A stretch of DNA of 64,000 nt from Felis catus (Eukaryota), in the NCBI RefSeq assembly GCF_018350175.1, contig NC_058368.1:215948001-216012000 (forward strand). Reading direction: 5' to 3'. This document shows positions 12,894 to 25,574 of the stretch, one piece after another. The translations under genes were made by a program, and so were the position numbers. The notes beneath the pieces are model-generated. The model saw nothing but the letters and a program-made list of their open reading frames with translations, searched no databases and was not told the DNA's origin. How positions within the stretch are numbered: the stretch's first letter is position 1; each line of letters opens with the position of its first letter.

Positions 12894-15230
12894 ACCCCCA
12901 CCCCCACCCCCATTTAAATTCTTAAGATTCTCTACATAGGAAGTGTGTGCGCAGGGAGATGTTTCTCACACATGCTGGTTCTCCTGTTGCCTTTGGTGTG
13001 TTTCCTGAGCTAGTCCCTGAACTGTTCTGTCTCCAGCCTGTAAACTAATGTTACTTAGAGACATTATCACGTCTTCTTTGCCCTGACATGGGTGTGGTGA
13101 TGACATACAACCGCGATAATCTGGCAGCTAAAATTTAAGAGAAAGAAAGAAATTTCAGAGCAAATGTTTCCACTTGCTCTTAGCCTTGGGTATCAATTTG
13201 CAGAGCCATCTAAAGTGTTCCACTATGAAGACGAATAGAAAAGAGATTGAAGTCTATTGTTTAAGAATGAGTAGTTTTCCCTGACTTGGAAACATTTGTC
13301 TTCTATCCAAAGAGGGAAATTTACTTCACTTGTATGTTTCACTCTTCTGAAAAGCCTTCTGCTTATTTTCTTTTTCTTCCTTGTTTTCAGTCATGCCCCA
13401 GCCTTGAGCAAGAAAAGATTGATGGCTAAAGTTATCCAGTGATTTACTGGACCATCCACTCCATTCATTGTAGAAAATTGCATTGCTTTATTAATGTTAT
13501 TACTTGCTAAGCAGCAGATGTCAAATGCTGTAGCTGAAACTGCTTAGCTTCCCAAATCAATCCTTTAAAAAATCAACTTTATATTTAGTGTCAAATATCA
13601 TACAAGACTGGCTCTGAAGCTATGCTAAATGTCTACAACTGGGTGGTAAAATTATTGCCCAGTATCCACAAGTTCAAACCTCAATTAATATTCTTTTGGG
13701 ATCTTTCCATACCAATTATTTCTGACTTAAAAGTTTATCTTCTATAGGAACATTCCTTAGCCTCTGTCTCTATCACTTTTTAACTTATTTCTAGTCATCA
13801 CTATTTTTTTTCTTTAAGATATGAATGTTGGGTTAATTAAAAAAGAACCAAACTGAAAAAAAAAAAGAACCCACACACAACTGGGTTACAAATGAATGTG
13901 CAACTGGAAAATAAAGATAACGATAAAAAGCAATGATTAAATTTGTGACCATTTTCAAAATCTATATGCACTTACTTTTTAAAACCACCAGTTATGTTTC
14001 TGTAAGCAAAGAATGTGTTACAGGGATGGAATGATCATCATTACAAAACAAGATCAGATAGTGCATTACCTTTTCTATTATGCAAAGACAGAAATTTAAG
14101 TTATTTAATAAGATATAATTTATTTTTGTGTATATATTATCATTAGCTTTAAATAACTTCAACTATAAACTTAGTTTCATTATATTTACTATAATAATTA
14201 AAATGGCCCACCTAGTGCCTTCTGTTGCTAATGAACTGTATAGAAAAAGTCTTCAAAATTTGAAAATAAGGCAGAATAGTGGGCAGTTATTATTTCAAAG
14301 TCATACCAGGTATTATTTAGCAAGACCCTCTTAGGATTATTTCATTATCTAGGACAAAGCACCTGTGGTGACTGCTATTTGTTACTCGATTAAAGCCTGG
14401 ACAATGAAGAGTGAATATTACCAAGCAGATTTCTGTCCAATATGGAAGACAACCCCACAATTTATTGTTTTATTGCCCCAGAGGACATTGGATAGTTTTA
14501 TATCTATCTTGGCCATATTATTTTAATATCTTTTAATATTTTTTTTTTCAAAATGGCTCTCAATGCACAGGTTTTCAAAATGCTCTTTGAATCAGCTTTA
14601 TCATTTTATTGATTCCTTCATTGATGAGTTAATAAATATTTGACACATGTTCATATCATACTTATGTAAGAATAATGCTTTTAAGTTTTTTAAAAATTGC
14701 ATTTTGAAAATATAAAAATAGTGCACTCCCCTATATGTTTTCTATGTTTCATTATTGAGTTAAATTTTATATATTCAGTCATGATCATTGAAGTTGTTAA
14801 ATCAAAAAGCCCATTGAGAGCTTAATTTTCTGTGATTGTGCAAAAAAATTAAAAAGGACATTTTTAAGATAAGCCTTGATTGCCATATGATTTTACAGCT
14901 GACAAAAATGGTGCAAATTAATGCTGAAGCTCCTGAAACTCTTCACTTTGATCTCAATACAATTTAGCTCTAGATTCACCACAGCTCAATAATCATTTTA
15001 AGAGACAGATTTGTTCACTCATTCATGTGTCATTACTTCTTTTTCTAAGTGTATAAGCCCTGAACTCATTTTATCCCATCCCTGTGGTTGGCTCTTTATA
15101 TGAATTGGAATTTATTGCTTCTACTCTCCTCCATCCGCTAGTTTGCCACAGAATTTTACAGTCAAATGTATTTTCCTACTATTTTTACAATTCAACTTAG
15201 TTTATAAGAAAGATTTAGGTATGGGCTTCC

Positions 15231-15978
15231 TTTATTTATTTATTTTTTAATATGAAATTTGTTGTCAAATTGGTTTCCATACAACAGCCAGTGCTCCTCC
15301 CAACAGGTGCCTTCCTCAATGCCCATCACCCACCCTCCCCTCCCTCCCACTCCCCAGCAACCCTCAGTTTATTGTCAGTTTTTAAGAGTCTCTTATGGTT
15401 TGCCTCCCTCCCTCTTTTTTTTTTCCTTCCCCTCCCCCATGGTCTTCTGTTAAGTTTCTCAGGATCCACATAAGAGTGAAACCATATGGTATCTGTCTTT
15501 CTCTGTATGGCTTATTTCACTTAGCATCACACTCTCCAGTTCCATCCACATTGCTACAAAAGGTCATGTTTCATTCTTTCTCATTGCCACATAGTACTCC
15601 ATTGTGTATATAAACCACAATTTCTTTATCTATTCATCAGTTGATGGACATTTAGGTTCCTTCCATAGTTTGGCTATTGTTGAAAGTGCTACTGTAAACA
15701 TTGGGGTACAAGTGCCCCTATGCCTCAGCACTCCTGTATCCCTTGAGTAAATTGCTAGCAGTGCTATTGCTGGGTCATAGGGTAGATCTGTTTTTAATTT
15801 TTTGAGGAACCTCCACACTGTTTTCCGGAGCGGCTGCACCAGTTTGCATTCCCACCAACAGTGCAAGGGGCTCCCCATTTCTCCACATCCTCTCCAGCAT
15901 CTATAGTGTCCTGATTTGTTCATTTTAGCTGCTCTGACTGGCATGAGGTGGTACCTCACTGTGGTTTTGATTTGTATT
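15231..15978 (-). mobile_element. 5'-truncated felid-type L1 (ORF2 C-terminal ~110 aa and 3'UTR)
   Basis: ORF 15630-15959 reads RCWRGCGE...[11 protein letters not shown]...[11 protein letters not shown] ggtatgggcttc(c/t)tttat at 15218-15235 and 15979-15996. Confidence 0.96.
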
Positions 15979-16554
15979 GGTATGGGCTTCTTTTATCTGC
16001 CAGGAACCGAAATATTTCTCATCACATTCTTTATTGAAACTATGCACACATGTTTAACTCAAAGGCAACAACAAATGAAAATTTAAAATTTAAATATTTC
16101 ATCTCATTTACAAAGTACAGTAAGCAGAATATATTTCTTAAAGCCTCCTCTATTGAAAAATGAGTAACAGTATCAGGGAATAGATATACATTTTTTTTAA
16201 TTTAGATTGAGGAATTAGTGTCAGGAAATAATGTCATTTGCATGGAGTCTTCACAACTTTTACAGTCAAAGCTGACAAAATATCAAACTTCCTCCTTCTT
16301 ACTCTATTAAGCATATTGCATTTCTGCTGGGGGAAAGTTAGTAAATTTAAAAAAAATGTAAAATTTTCAAAGTACCCTACTTTATGTGTTGATATGTTTC
16401 TTCATAATATACTGGCAGTTCTGAAGTTTTTTATCAACTAGAATGTATTATTACTAGTGAAAACATTGCCATAACACAAATCTGTCTTGCTGAAGCACCA
16501 TCACTGTAAATCAGGAGATCTTTTTTCCTACTATTAAAAAAGATAGCGTTCTTA

Positions 16555-16775
16555 GGGTGCCTGGATGGCTCAATTGGTTGAGCGTCCAACTCTTGGTTTT
16601 GGCTCAAGTCATGATCTGACAGCTTGTGAATTTGAGCCCCACGTTGTGCTCCATGCTGACAGTGTGGAGCCTGCTTGGGATTTTCTCCCTCTCTCTCTCC
16701 CTCTCTCTCTGTCTCTGCCCCTCCCCCGTGCACTCTCTCTGTCTCTCTCTGAAAAATAAATAAACTTAAAAAAAC
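16555..16775 (+). mobile_element. Can-SINE
   Basis: gggtgcctggatggctc head, CT tract, aaaataaataaac tail. Confidence 0.94.
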
Positions 16776-17179
16776 ATTTTTTAACAGATAATATTCTAAA
16801 CCAACCCAAATGATCTTCTTTCCTTGTGCAAATCACCTTACTGAAATGTTCTCCATGTCCTCTTAAGTTTCAGTCCAAACACCAGAAAGAGCTTCTCCAA
16901 GCTCTCTTTGCAGACAGTAGATTGCACTCCCTCAGAAACTTTACATGATTGATGGTTTAGGTAATTATTTTTAATATTCTTATTTATATATTATCTTTTC
17001 CTTCATTTAAATTGAGGAAATCAATTTACCTTAGATCTTACACTATACTCTCTCCCACTGTATGCTTCCTATTACCTTATTCTGGGAATTATGATAGTTT
17101 ATTATTAAATAAGAAATTATTATATTTCTTGTATTCAAGAACAATGATATTGTTATTCTGCTTTAGGAAAATAGGTATT

Positions 17180-17740
17180 TCAGGGTTTCGTCAAAGAGGC
17201 AAAACCACTATGAATGACAAGAGGGATGTGTTATGCTGATATGATCTTATAAACTTGGGAGACTGAGTTACGTCCACTATGTAAGTCTGTTACCTTGGCA
17301 TCTGCTACAGGTTCTGAAGTGAGCAGATCTGGCTGTCAGGGAGGAAAGATGAACATGAAAACTTGGGTAGCCAGACAAACTGGACCCCTCAAGGGTGAGC
17401 TGGAATCCACCAAATTAATTGAAACCCATGTTTTCCTTTGAGCACTTCAATCTTTCCACAGTGATGCCTCTGACTTACAGAAGAGCTGGTACACTCTACC
17501 ACAGTAGTGCACATGAACTTCACCTAGGAGTTAAGAAAGCTAAACAAGGGGATCTAGGGGAACTGAAGTCCAGCTGCTGCACTGAGGAGATGCAGAATTT
17601 GGAGGAGCTGAGATCCCAGTCACCAGCAGAGTGACCCAGCTGAGGTACGACAATGTGCTTGAACCTTATGAGCACTTGAACTTCCATGATATTTCTGTGC
17701 TTTGCTCCCTCTACTAAATCCTATGCAAATTTCTCATGTA
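17180..17740 (-). mobile_element. Ancient ERVL-type solo LTR remnant (family uncertain)
   Basis: GC-richer island resembling remembered ancient ERVL LTRs; termini not clearly visible. Confidence 0.35.
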
Positions 17741-19599
17741 GGCTAAGAAGCCTCCTATCATTGCTTGGTCATGTTAAATCTAAATTTTCCCATGAATGAT
17801 TATTTTTATTCATCTTTAATTTATCCACATATGGCTTGATAATATTTTCCAGGGAATCACTATGAATAGTGAATTTTCTACTTGTTGAGCATCTCAGAAA
17901 TTTTAATTTTTCCTCAAAGTTCTGAGCTTTGAACAAGTTTTTATTGGTGGTGGTGGTATGGTTACTTTTGTTGCTCCTATGACTGTGGTTATTGTTGACT
18001 TGAGACCTCTAAGGGCACAGCTTCATTTATACTTCCCCTTATAAATATCTGATCTTATTTTTTTCTAAAGATGATTATAAGAGCTTATATTGATTTTTCA
18101 AATTCAACATTTTTAGTGATGTAGTTAGATTTTATCTCTTTCCTTTAATTTTTATTATAACACATGAGCTATTTTCTTTTGCATATCCATGTCTACCTCA
18201 CGTCAGAATATTTGTTTCCCTTAGCTAATCATGTCCTGTTAGTGGCTAAGGTGTGTTTTGTTTTGTTGCTAGGAGTGAATTATTTGTGTGTTGAGGTGCT
18301 ATCCATTTTTGGCACGTTCAGTTGCTAATTTGAAAATTGCAACTTTTATCATTATAATTATCTATTAACTTAAGGAGATTGTCATAGGTTTCAAAGGGCT
18401 CTTTCACCATATTAACAACTTTCTTGATTGAGTTTGCACTATTCTGTGCTGATGATAGTTTACATTTATTTCTCATATTTGCATCATTCCATTTTTTTAC
18501 AAATCTGATACTTTTATACCAAAATTCATGTACCTATCTCCATCCATTTTATACCTTTCCTGATCCCATAATACCTTAACACATTGGGTTCTAACTTCTA
18601 TGAATTTTTATTTTTATGATTTGAAAGTTGTCCAGTTTTGCCTAACAAGTCTTCCTTTTTTTATTAACCAATGGAATCTAAAATTTTAAACCCATAAACA
18701 ATACAGTGCCTTGACTTGATACACATTTTCCTATACTGAAAATTATAATATGGTAGGATTGTATTTCCTCTTGTGTGGAACTGGAGTGTTGACCCCTGGC
18801 TGACTAGAAGTTGAATATCATTTGTAGACATTGATGTCACATACTATTAACTATTTAAAGACATGCCCATTTTTGAAATTTGTATTTATATTTAGACTAT
18901 TATGCATGTATTTATTTTGTCTTTTCTTTATTTCTTTCTTTGAAGTTGCAAAATGTCTTTCTTACATTTACCATATTTGAGTTAGAGATATCTACAGAAT
19001 ATAATTCAAACTGTGAATGTATCTGCTTTCTAGTTTCCAGAAATGATTGTCCCAGATTTCTCCAAGTTCTTCCTTGTAGAATGGGAAAAAGAACTCCTAA
19101 CATCAGAAAGTGTAAAGAAATCATTCATTTTGTTGGTTGGTCAGTTGGTTGGTTGGTATTTCATTTTTTTCCATGGTCTGGGACTCCAGCCTCCTAATAG
19201 ACTTGGAGCTATGTCAGTGGCTGCAGTGGGATCCCGCAGAAGCCAAAATGTGAAGGGACTGGAAACATCTTAAATATTTGGGATGATAGTTCCAGGAGGA
19301 TGGGGCCAGCCTCTGCTGAATTTTTTTTATTTTTTTTCCTCACTGAACTTCCATCACTTAACCCTGGATATAGTCTTAGTTGCTGATGTGAACTAGCAGA
19401 GCGAATAAACTAAAGCTCTACTTTTGTTGTTGGAAGAGTAAAATATGGAACATTAGAGAACCAAAAATAACTACAGAGATGAAAAGAAGGGATGGTCTCA
19501 GGAAAACCGACCTCATGAAGATTTTTTATGAACTCCTCAGTTCACCACTGGTTTGAAAAAGAATCAAGAACAAAATCTTCTCTAAGAAACCATAAAAAT

Positions 19600-20545
19600 A
19601 TACACAAAATAAACCAAAGAAGGCAAAATAAATGATGCAATCAGCAAATGCTAATTCAGTAAAATTAAAAAACATAATTGCAATGAAGAAAAACAAAATA
19701 CCCAATATTTTTCTATTGGAAGAGGTTAATACAATTGATAAGTGCTGAAGACTGACAACAAAAAAAGAGAAAACACATCTGACCAGTATCAGGAATGAAA
19801 GGTGAGATATTGCTAAAGTCACCATAAGCTTAAGAGAATAAGGCAATATTTTAAAGAAACTTACACACATAATTTTGTTATCATTGATGAAATAGCTCAG
19901 TATCTTGAAATCTAAAAAATACTAAAACTGAGTCAAGATAAAATAGTTCATTTCTATAGTCTCACAGCTATTAAGAAATCAAAATTATTATTAAAAACAT
20001 TTTGTAAAAGATAAGTTCAGGCCCAGATGGTCTTACTGGCAAATTCTACCAAACATTCAAATAAAAAATAACACTAATTTTACAAAACCCTTTAAGAAAA
20101 TAGAAGATCAGAACATTTTACAGCTCATTTAATGAGGCTGGCATTACCCTAATTTTGAAATCAGAGAAACACAGTACAAAAAGGAAAATAGTATATTAAT
20201 GTCTCTCATAACATGCATTCAAATTCCTCAAAACATATTAGCAAATTTAGCCTAAAAATATATAAAATGAATACACCACAACCTAGGTGGTTTACTCAAG
20301 AAATTTATATCAATTAACACAGAAAAGCATTTTGCAAAAATGCAACATCCATTCACAATGGAAATACTCATTAACCAAGGATTAGAAGGGGATCCACTTG
20401 ACCATAAAAGAGATCTATAGAAGCCTACTTCTGACCTCATGCCTAATGATGAATGACTGAAGGTTTTCACTATAAGATTAAAAAGGAAAAGAAAAGAAAA
20501 GAAAAAAAAAGGCAAGGGTGGCTACTCCTATTCAATGTTGTAATG
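19600..20545 (+). mobile_element. Diverged L1M ORF2 fragment
   Basis: caggcccagatggtcttactggcaaattctaccaaacatt (PGPDGFTGEFYQTF-like) and agaaaagcattttgcaaaa. Confidence 0.8.
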
Positions 20546-20660
20546 GAAGGAAGGAAGGAAGGAAGGAAGGGAGGAAGGGAAGAAGGGAGGAAGGAAGGAA
20601 AGAAGGAAGGAAGGAAGGAAGGAAGGAAGGAAGGAAGGAAGGAAGGAAGGAAGGAAGGAA
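20545..20660. repeat. (GGAA)n purine microsatellite
   Basis: Direct reading. Confidence 0.97.
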
Positions 20661-20726
20661 AATGTATATAATAAAAAATTTTGAATTAAGCCAGCTAGAA
20701 ATAATGTCTTTTTAAATATCAATCCA

Positions 20727-20938
20727 GGGGCACCTGGGTGGTTCAGTTGGTTAAGCATCCAAATTAAGCTCAGGTCATGATCTCACAGTTTGTGGATTTG
20801 GGTCCCACACTGGGCTCTGTGCTGACAGCTCAGAGCCTGGAGCCTGTCTCGGATTCTGTGTCTCCCTCTCTCTCTTTGCCCATCCCCTGCTTTTGCTCTC
20901 TTTCTCCCAAGAACAAATAAGTAAACATTTAAAAAATA
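20727..20938 (+). mobile_element. Can-SINE followed by (TA)n at 20958-21006
   Basis: ggggcacctgggtggttcag head and typical body. Confidence 0.94.
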
Positions 20939-20957
20939 TATTTTTTAAATAAACATT

Positions 20958-21009
<52 letters not shown>

Positions 21010-21078
21010 CAAATTTTTATTAGAATGAAAGTTTGACTTGGAATTCAAAGGTGAATTACTAAAATTTATCATATTATT

Positions 21079-21299
21079 TTTTTTAATTTTTTTTTCAACG
21101 TTTATTTATTTTTGGGACAGAGAGAGACAGAGCATGAATGGGGGAGGGGCAGAGAGAGAGGGAGACACAGAATCGGAAACAGGCTCCAGGCTCTGAGCCA
21201 TCAGCCCAGAGCCTGACGTGGGGCTCGAACTCACGGACTGCGAGATCGTGACCTGGCTGAAGTCGGACGCCTAACCGACTGCACCACCCAGGCGCCCCC
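21079..21299 (-). mobile_element. Young SINEC_Fc
   Basis: Close to consensus, CpGs retained; perfect 18-bp TSD aaaatttatcatattatt at 21061-21078 and 21300-21317. Confidence 0.97.
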
Positions 21300-21329
21300 A
21301 AAATTTATCATATTATTGAATTAAAGAGA

Positions 21330-22195
21330 CATATCATATAATTATTATAATAGATGCAGAATAAAAGACTTTTTATAAAGCCCAGCATCCTTCATAGGAA
21401 AGAAAAAAGTAACAAAATTTGGAATAGAAGTTAACTTATGTAAACTAACAAAGATATGTACAATAAAACTCAACACATTGAAAGCATTTTCCTAGATATG
21501 GAGAAAAGTAAGGATATTCTATTTCACCAATTTTTTTCAACACTGCACTGACTGGATTGTCTGAGTCAGCAAATTAATATGTGGGGAAAAAAAGGTATGC
21601 CAATTGGAAAATAAGGGGGAAAAAAGGTTACTTTACTCTCAGATGATATGATTGTATAACAAAGTCCAAAATAATTTTCTACATAAATTATTATGATTGA
21701 TGAGTTCACATTGCTAGATACAAGTTCAGTTTTTAAAAATAAAAACTAAAAAAAAATGTATGCTCAAAAGTACTGAAAGCAGGATCTCAGAAATATATTT
21801 GCATACCCATGTTCATAGCAGCATTCTTCACAAAACCCAGTGGAATATTATTCAGTCTTTTAAAAAAAAAAGGACATTCTGACACATTTATAATACTGAT
21901 AAACCTTGCTGACATTATGCTAAGTGGAAAGAGACAGTCACAGAAAGACAAATACTCTGTGATTCTATTTACATGCCAAATTTATAGACAGAACAATAGT
22001 GGTTTCCAGACACCGGATTGATGGGGTGGAGTGGTGGAAAATTGATGTCAATGGGCATCCAGGTTTTGTTTTGCAAGATGAAAAGAGTTCTGGAGATTGA
22101 TTTCAACAACAATATGAAATACTTCACACTGCTGAACTTAAAAATGGTTAAGATAGTAAATTTTGCTGTTTGTTTAACCACAATTTTAAAAATCA
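21330..22195 (+). mobile_element. Old L1M fragments (RT region, then an L1MA/MB-like 3' end from ~21755)
   Basis: ctctcagatgatatgattgtata (FADDMI-like), atgttcatagcagcatt, acttaaaaatggttaagatagtaaatttt. Confidence 0.75.
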
Positions 22196-22255
22196 AGTGT
22201 ATTTTTACATACCCTTTTTAGTGTCCTTTTTTCCTTCTCTTTGCCTTATAAAGTC

Positions 22256-22724
22256 TGTGGGTTTGGCTTTTGGCTATGTCCAGCAAAGCCACGGACAGCA
22301 GAAAGGATTACTCAAGACTCTGCAAGTCAAGAGAGGTGAGGGGGAGACTCAGGGAAGTCTCCAGGAGCTGCTCTCAAGCTTCCGGATTTAGTAAGCATAC
22401 ATTTAGGGAAACATCGCACAATATATCAGTGGGTTACATGCCAGTAAGAACATATTGAAAGCTTGCAGGAAAGTAAGTTAAGCATTGCTAAGACTACAAA
22501 AGAGCAGATGCAGAAAGCAGGGTGGAAAACAAGATGAGATATTCCACAGATAACCATGATCTGAGGAATTCATAAGCATAGGCAGGACCCAACCCCTGGA
22601 TACACATTAACTAGATAAGCAAAGAAGGGCTGCTGTTTTCAGCAAGGCCAGAAAGCAGTGTTCTGCTTTGCAATGAGTTCTCTATAATCTCCTAACCCAG
22701 GACATAGCTATTTGATTTCCCACA
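22256..22724. mobile_element. Putative ancient solo LTR (469 bp)
   Basis: Terminal inverted tgtggg...cccaca, flanks aaagtc / aaactc, GC-richer than its surroundings. Confidence 0.4.
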
Positions 22725-23050
22725 AAACTCCAGTGTCTTCTCAATTATGCTTTTTTTCTACTCATTTTCTCCAGGTAGTACATCTTCTTTCTAACTATCC
22801 GCCCTCTAAATATCCATAGCAATTTATTAATTTATTCATTTAAGTTACAGCTATTAGGTGTCAACACTTGTCTATATTTTCCCTGTAAATTAGAAGTCAA
22901 TATTTATACATAAATATATATATATTTATGTATATTTCAAATTATCTAATTATGTTAGACAATTTTAAATTGTGATAAACACTATTTAAAATAGATGGAA
23001 AGAAGATAATGAAGGTGGAGAGCTCAGAGAAAGCTTTGCCTACTTGGACA

Positions 23051-23176
23051 AATATATATATATATAATATATATATAATATATATATAATATATACATAT
23101 ATATTATATATTATATATATATATAATATATACATTATATATTATATATATATAATATATATATAATATATATATA
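23051..23176. repeat. Imperfect (TA)n low-complexity tract
   Basis: Direct reading. Confidence 0.95.
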
Positions 23177-25574
23177 AACTGCAAGTGGAAACATGCTTTG
23201 TAAATAACGGGAAAACTTCCATGGGATGTAGAAGAAAAAAAAAAAAAAAGGAACCCAGGAAATTAGAACATGTGTAGGGGTTTCAAAGACTATAATAAGA
23301 CTAATGAGACCGGAATAGTTAATAAGGAATATGAAAATTAGATTTGGTCTCATGGACAGGATAGACCAATCATGATGCCCATACATTGTAAATCCTGATA
23401 AAGACTTTGGACTTTTTTTTTTTTTTTTTTTTTTTGGCTAACAGTGGAAGACATTGGAAAGTATATTCAAGAAAATGATACAATATATGACATAGTATAT
23501 ATATTTTTGAGGTAAACAATAGAATGAATGGTTATATGGTAAGATTGGAAAAGATTAAAGAAGCCAGAATCGAAGAGTAGATAAAAGAGGATAGACTCCA
23601 TCCTCCATAGGATGAGTTTAGATGAGAGCAGAGATGTTTCTTCCAATGTGTCAGGAAGACATAGATGCAGGGAAAAAAAAAAAAAAAGCTTTACCAGGAA
23701 GCTGATGCGAATTAACATTAAGACCAGTCTCTTGTCTCAATCCATGACTGGTGCAGTAATGTTTTCACATGGGCCTGTGTTTTTGGTAAATGTTTTAAAT
23801 GACTTATTTAAATCTGCAATTAGCTAACATGGCTTATTTTTCTCTGTCAGTGTTTTCCCCACAGTCACAATTTGCCTGTGTCAGATGGTATTGCAATGGT
23901 CACAAGCATTTTTGGTATCTATATGAACAGCAGATGGCTAAAGAACACACTGACTTTGACTCTAATGTTACATATTTATGTAGTTCACATTCATTTCTGG
24001 CTTCCAGAAATATTTCTACCCACTATGGGTATCTTGTTGCAAAAGTGATTTTACTGAAGAAATACATTGTAGAATGATGAAAATCATTTGTAACTTTGGC
24101 ATTTATCCTAAACACGGGGTGTGGTAGGAAGAGATACTGAATTGACTTGGAAAACAAGGTAGAGGAAATGTTTAATGTTGCTTTATTGGAAGGATAAAAT
24201 CCCAAATGTGTTTCAGAAAGACTAACGTGACATAGTATGCAAGAGGAAAATGGAACTGAATTAGTACTATTAGATTTTTAGAAATTCAATTTGGATAAGA
24301 AATTAGGATTCCCCCTCATAAAATGAAGAAAGAAACAGGGGTACAGATTTATTAAATTATATAAACATTTCCAAACATTACATAATTTAGCAAATTATAT
24401 TATTAAACTATTATAGGACAGTCTCTGTTCTGTCTCTGTGGATAAATCTATGGAGAAAATATAGCTATAGCCAAATGCTTACCTCTGGATTCACTTAAAA
24501 AGTAGTGCCACATGGACACTTAATTATTCCTAAAATTCCCCTCAAACTCACCAATCACAGTTATATAGTATACCATCATAAACTACCAAGAGATGTAGAA
24601 TGGTGTGTCCCTTCTCTGCTTCCAATAAATTACAATCTTTTGACTTCTCTAGTAATTCTCAGGGCAATAAAAGTGAAAGAAAGAAAGTAGCTCGTAGCTG
24701 TGGATCACTATATGTGTAATCGCATGGAGCTATATGATCCTTTTCTTTTAATGATGGATGACTGTCTGTAGCCCACAAATTAGACCAAGTGCCATCTATA
24801 TATTTTCTAAAAGGCAACAATGACAGAATTATTTTTTTGTTCTTTGGAAAGAGAAGTGGTTTTATATTTTGGTAAAGCAGAGTGATGAAGTAGAAAAAGA
24901 ACATAACCCAGATTCATGAGCTCATATTTTCAGTTACTAACTATTTATGCCACTTTAGGGAAAAAAATTCATTTTTGTGAACCTCAGTTTACCAATCTGT
25001 GCAGTAATGTGGTTAGATTTATGTCCTCTAAGTTTGTAGATAGTACAAAATTATACATTATCACTATACCCTGCTGGTGGTATAGAATTAATCATTACCT
25101 TTTATAAATAGGATTTCAATAAACTAAATAGACATGATTTTATAGAGATTTACTTTGACAATACTGGAAATATTGGATATAATAGTATAAGATTAATTCT
25201 TAAGTATTTTGATAAAATAACTCAATAACAATATTGTTTTCACTTCTCAAAAACGAAGATATCTTCCTATAAATGTTTTATATATTCATTGGGGACCATT
25301 CATATTCTTTATCCTAGGAGTATAGAATAGTCTGTAGAATACACTTATATTTTCACAAAGTACTTAAAAGGAAAGATGAGACCCAACGAAGGAACATAGG
25401 TACATATTCTAGGTGAGTCACCTTCTGCCCCTCACTCCAAGTGGCACACAATTGGCAGAATATCAACAACTTGGATGCAACAATTAAAAAAGGGAAAAAC
25501 TGCATAGTTTTATATGATGTTTGAAAATCAATACATGCCCTTAACTCAAGTAAAATGTTTTAACACCCCTTCAA

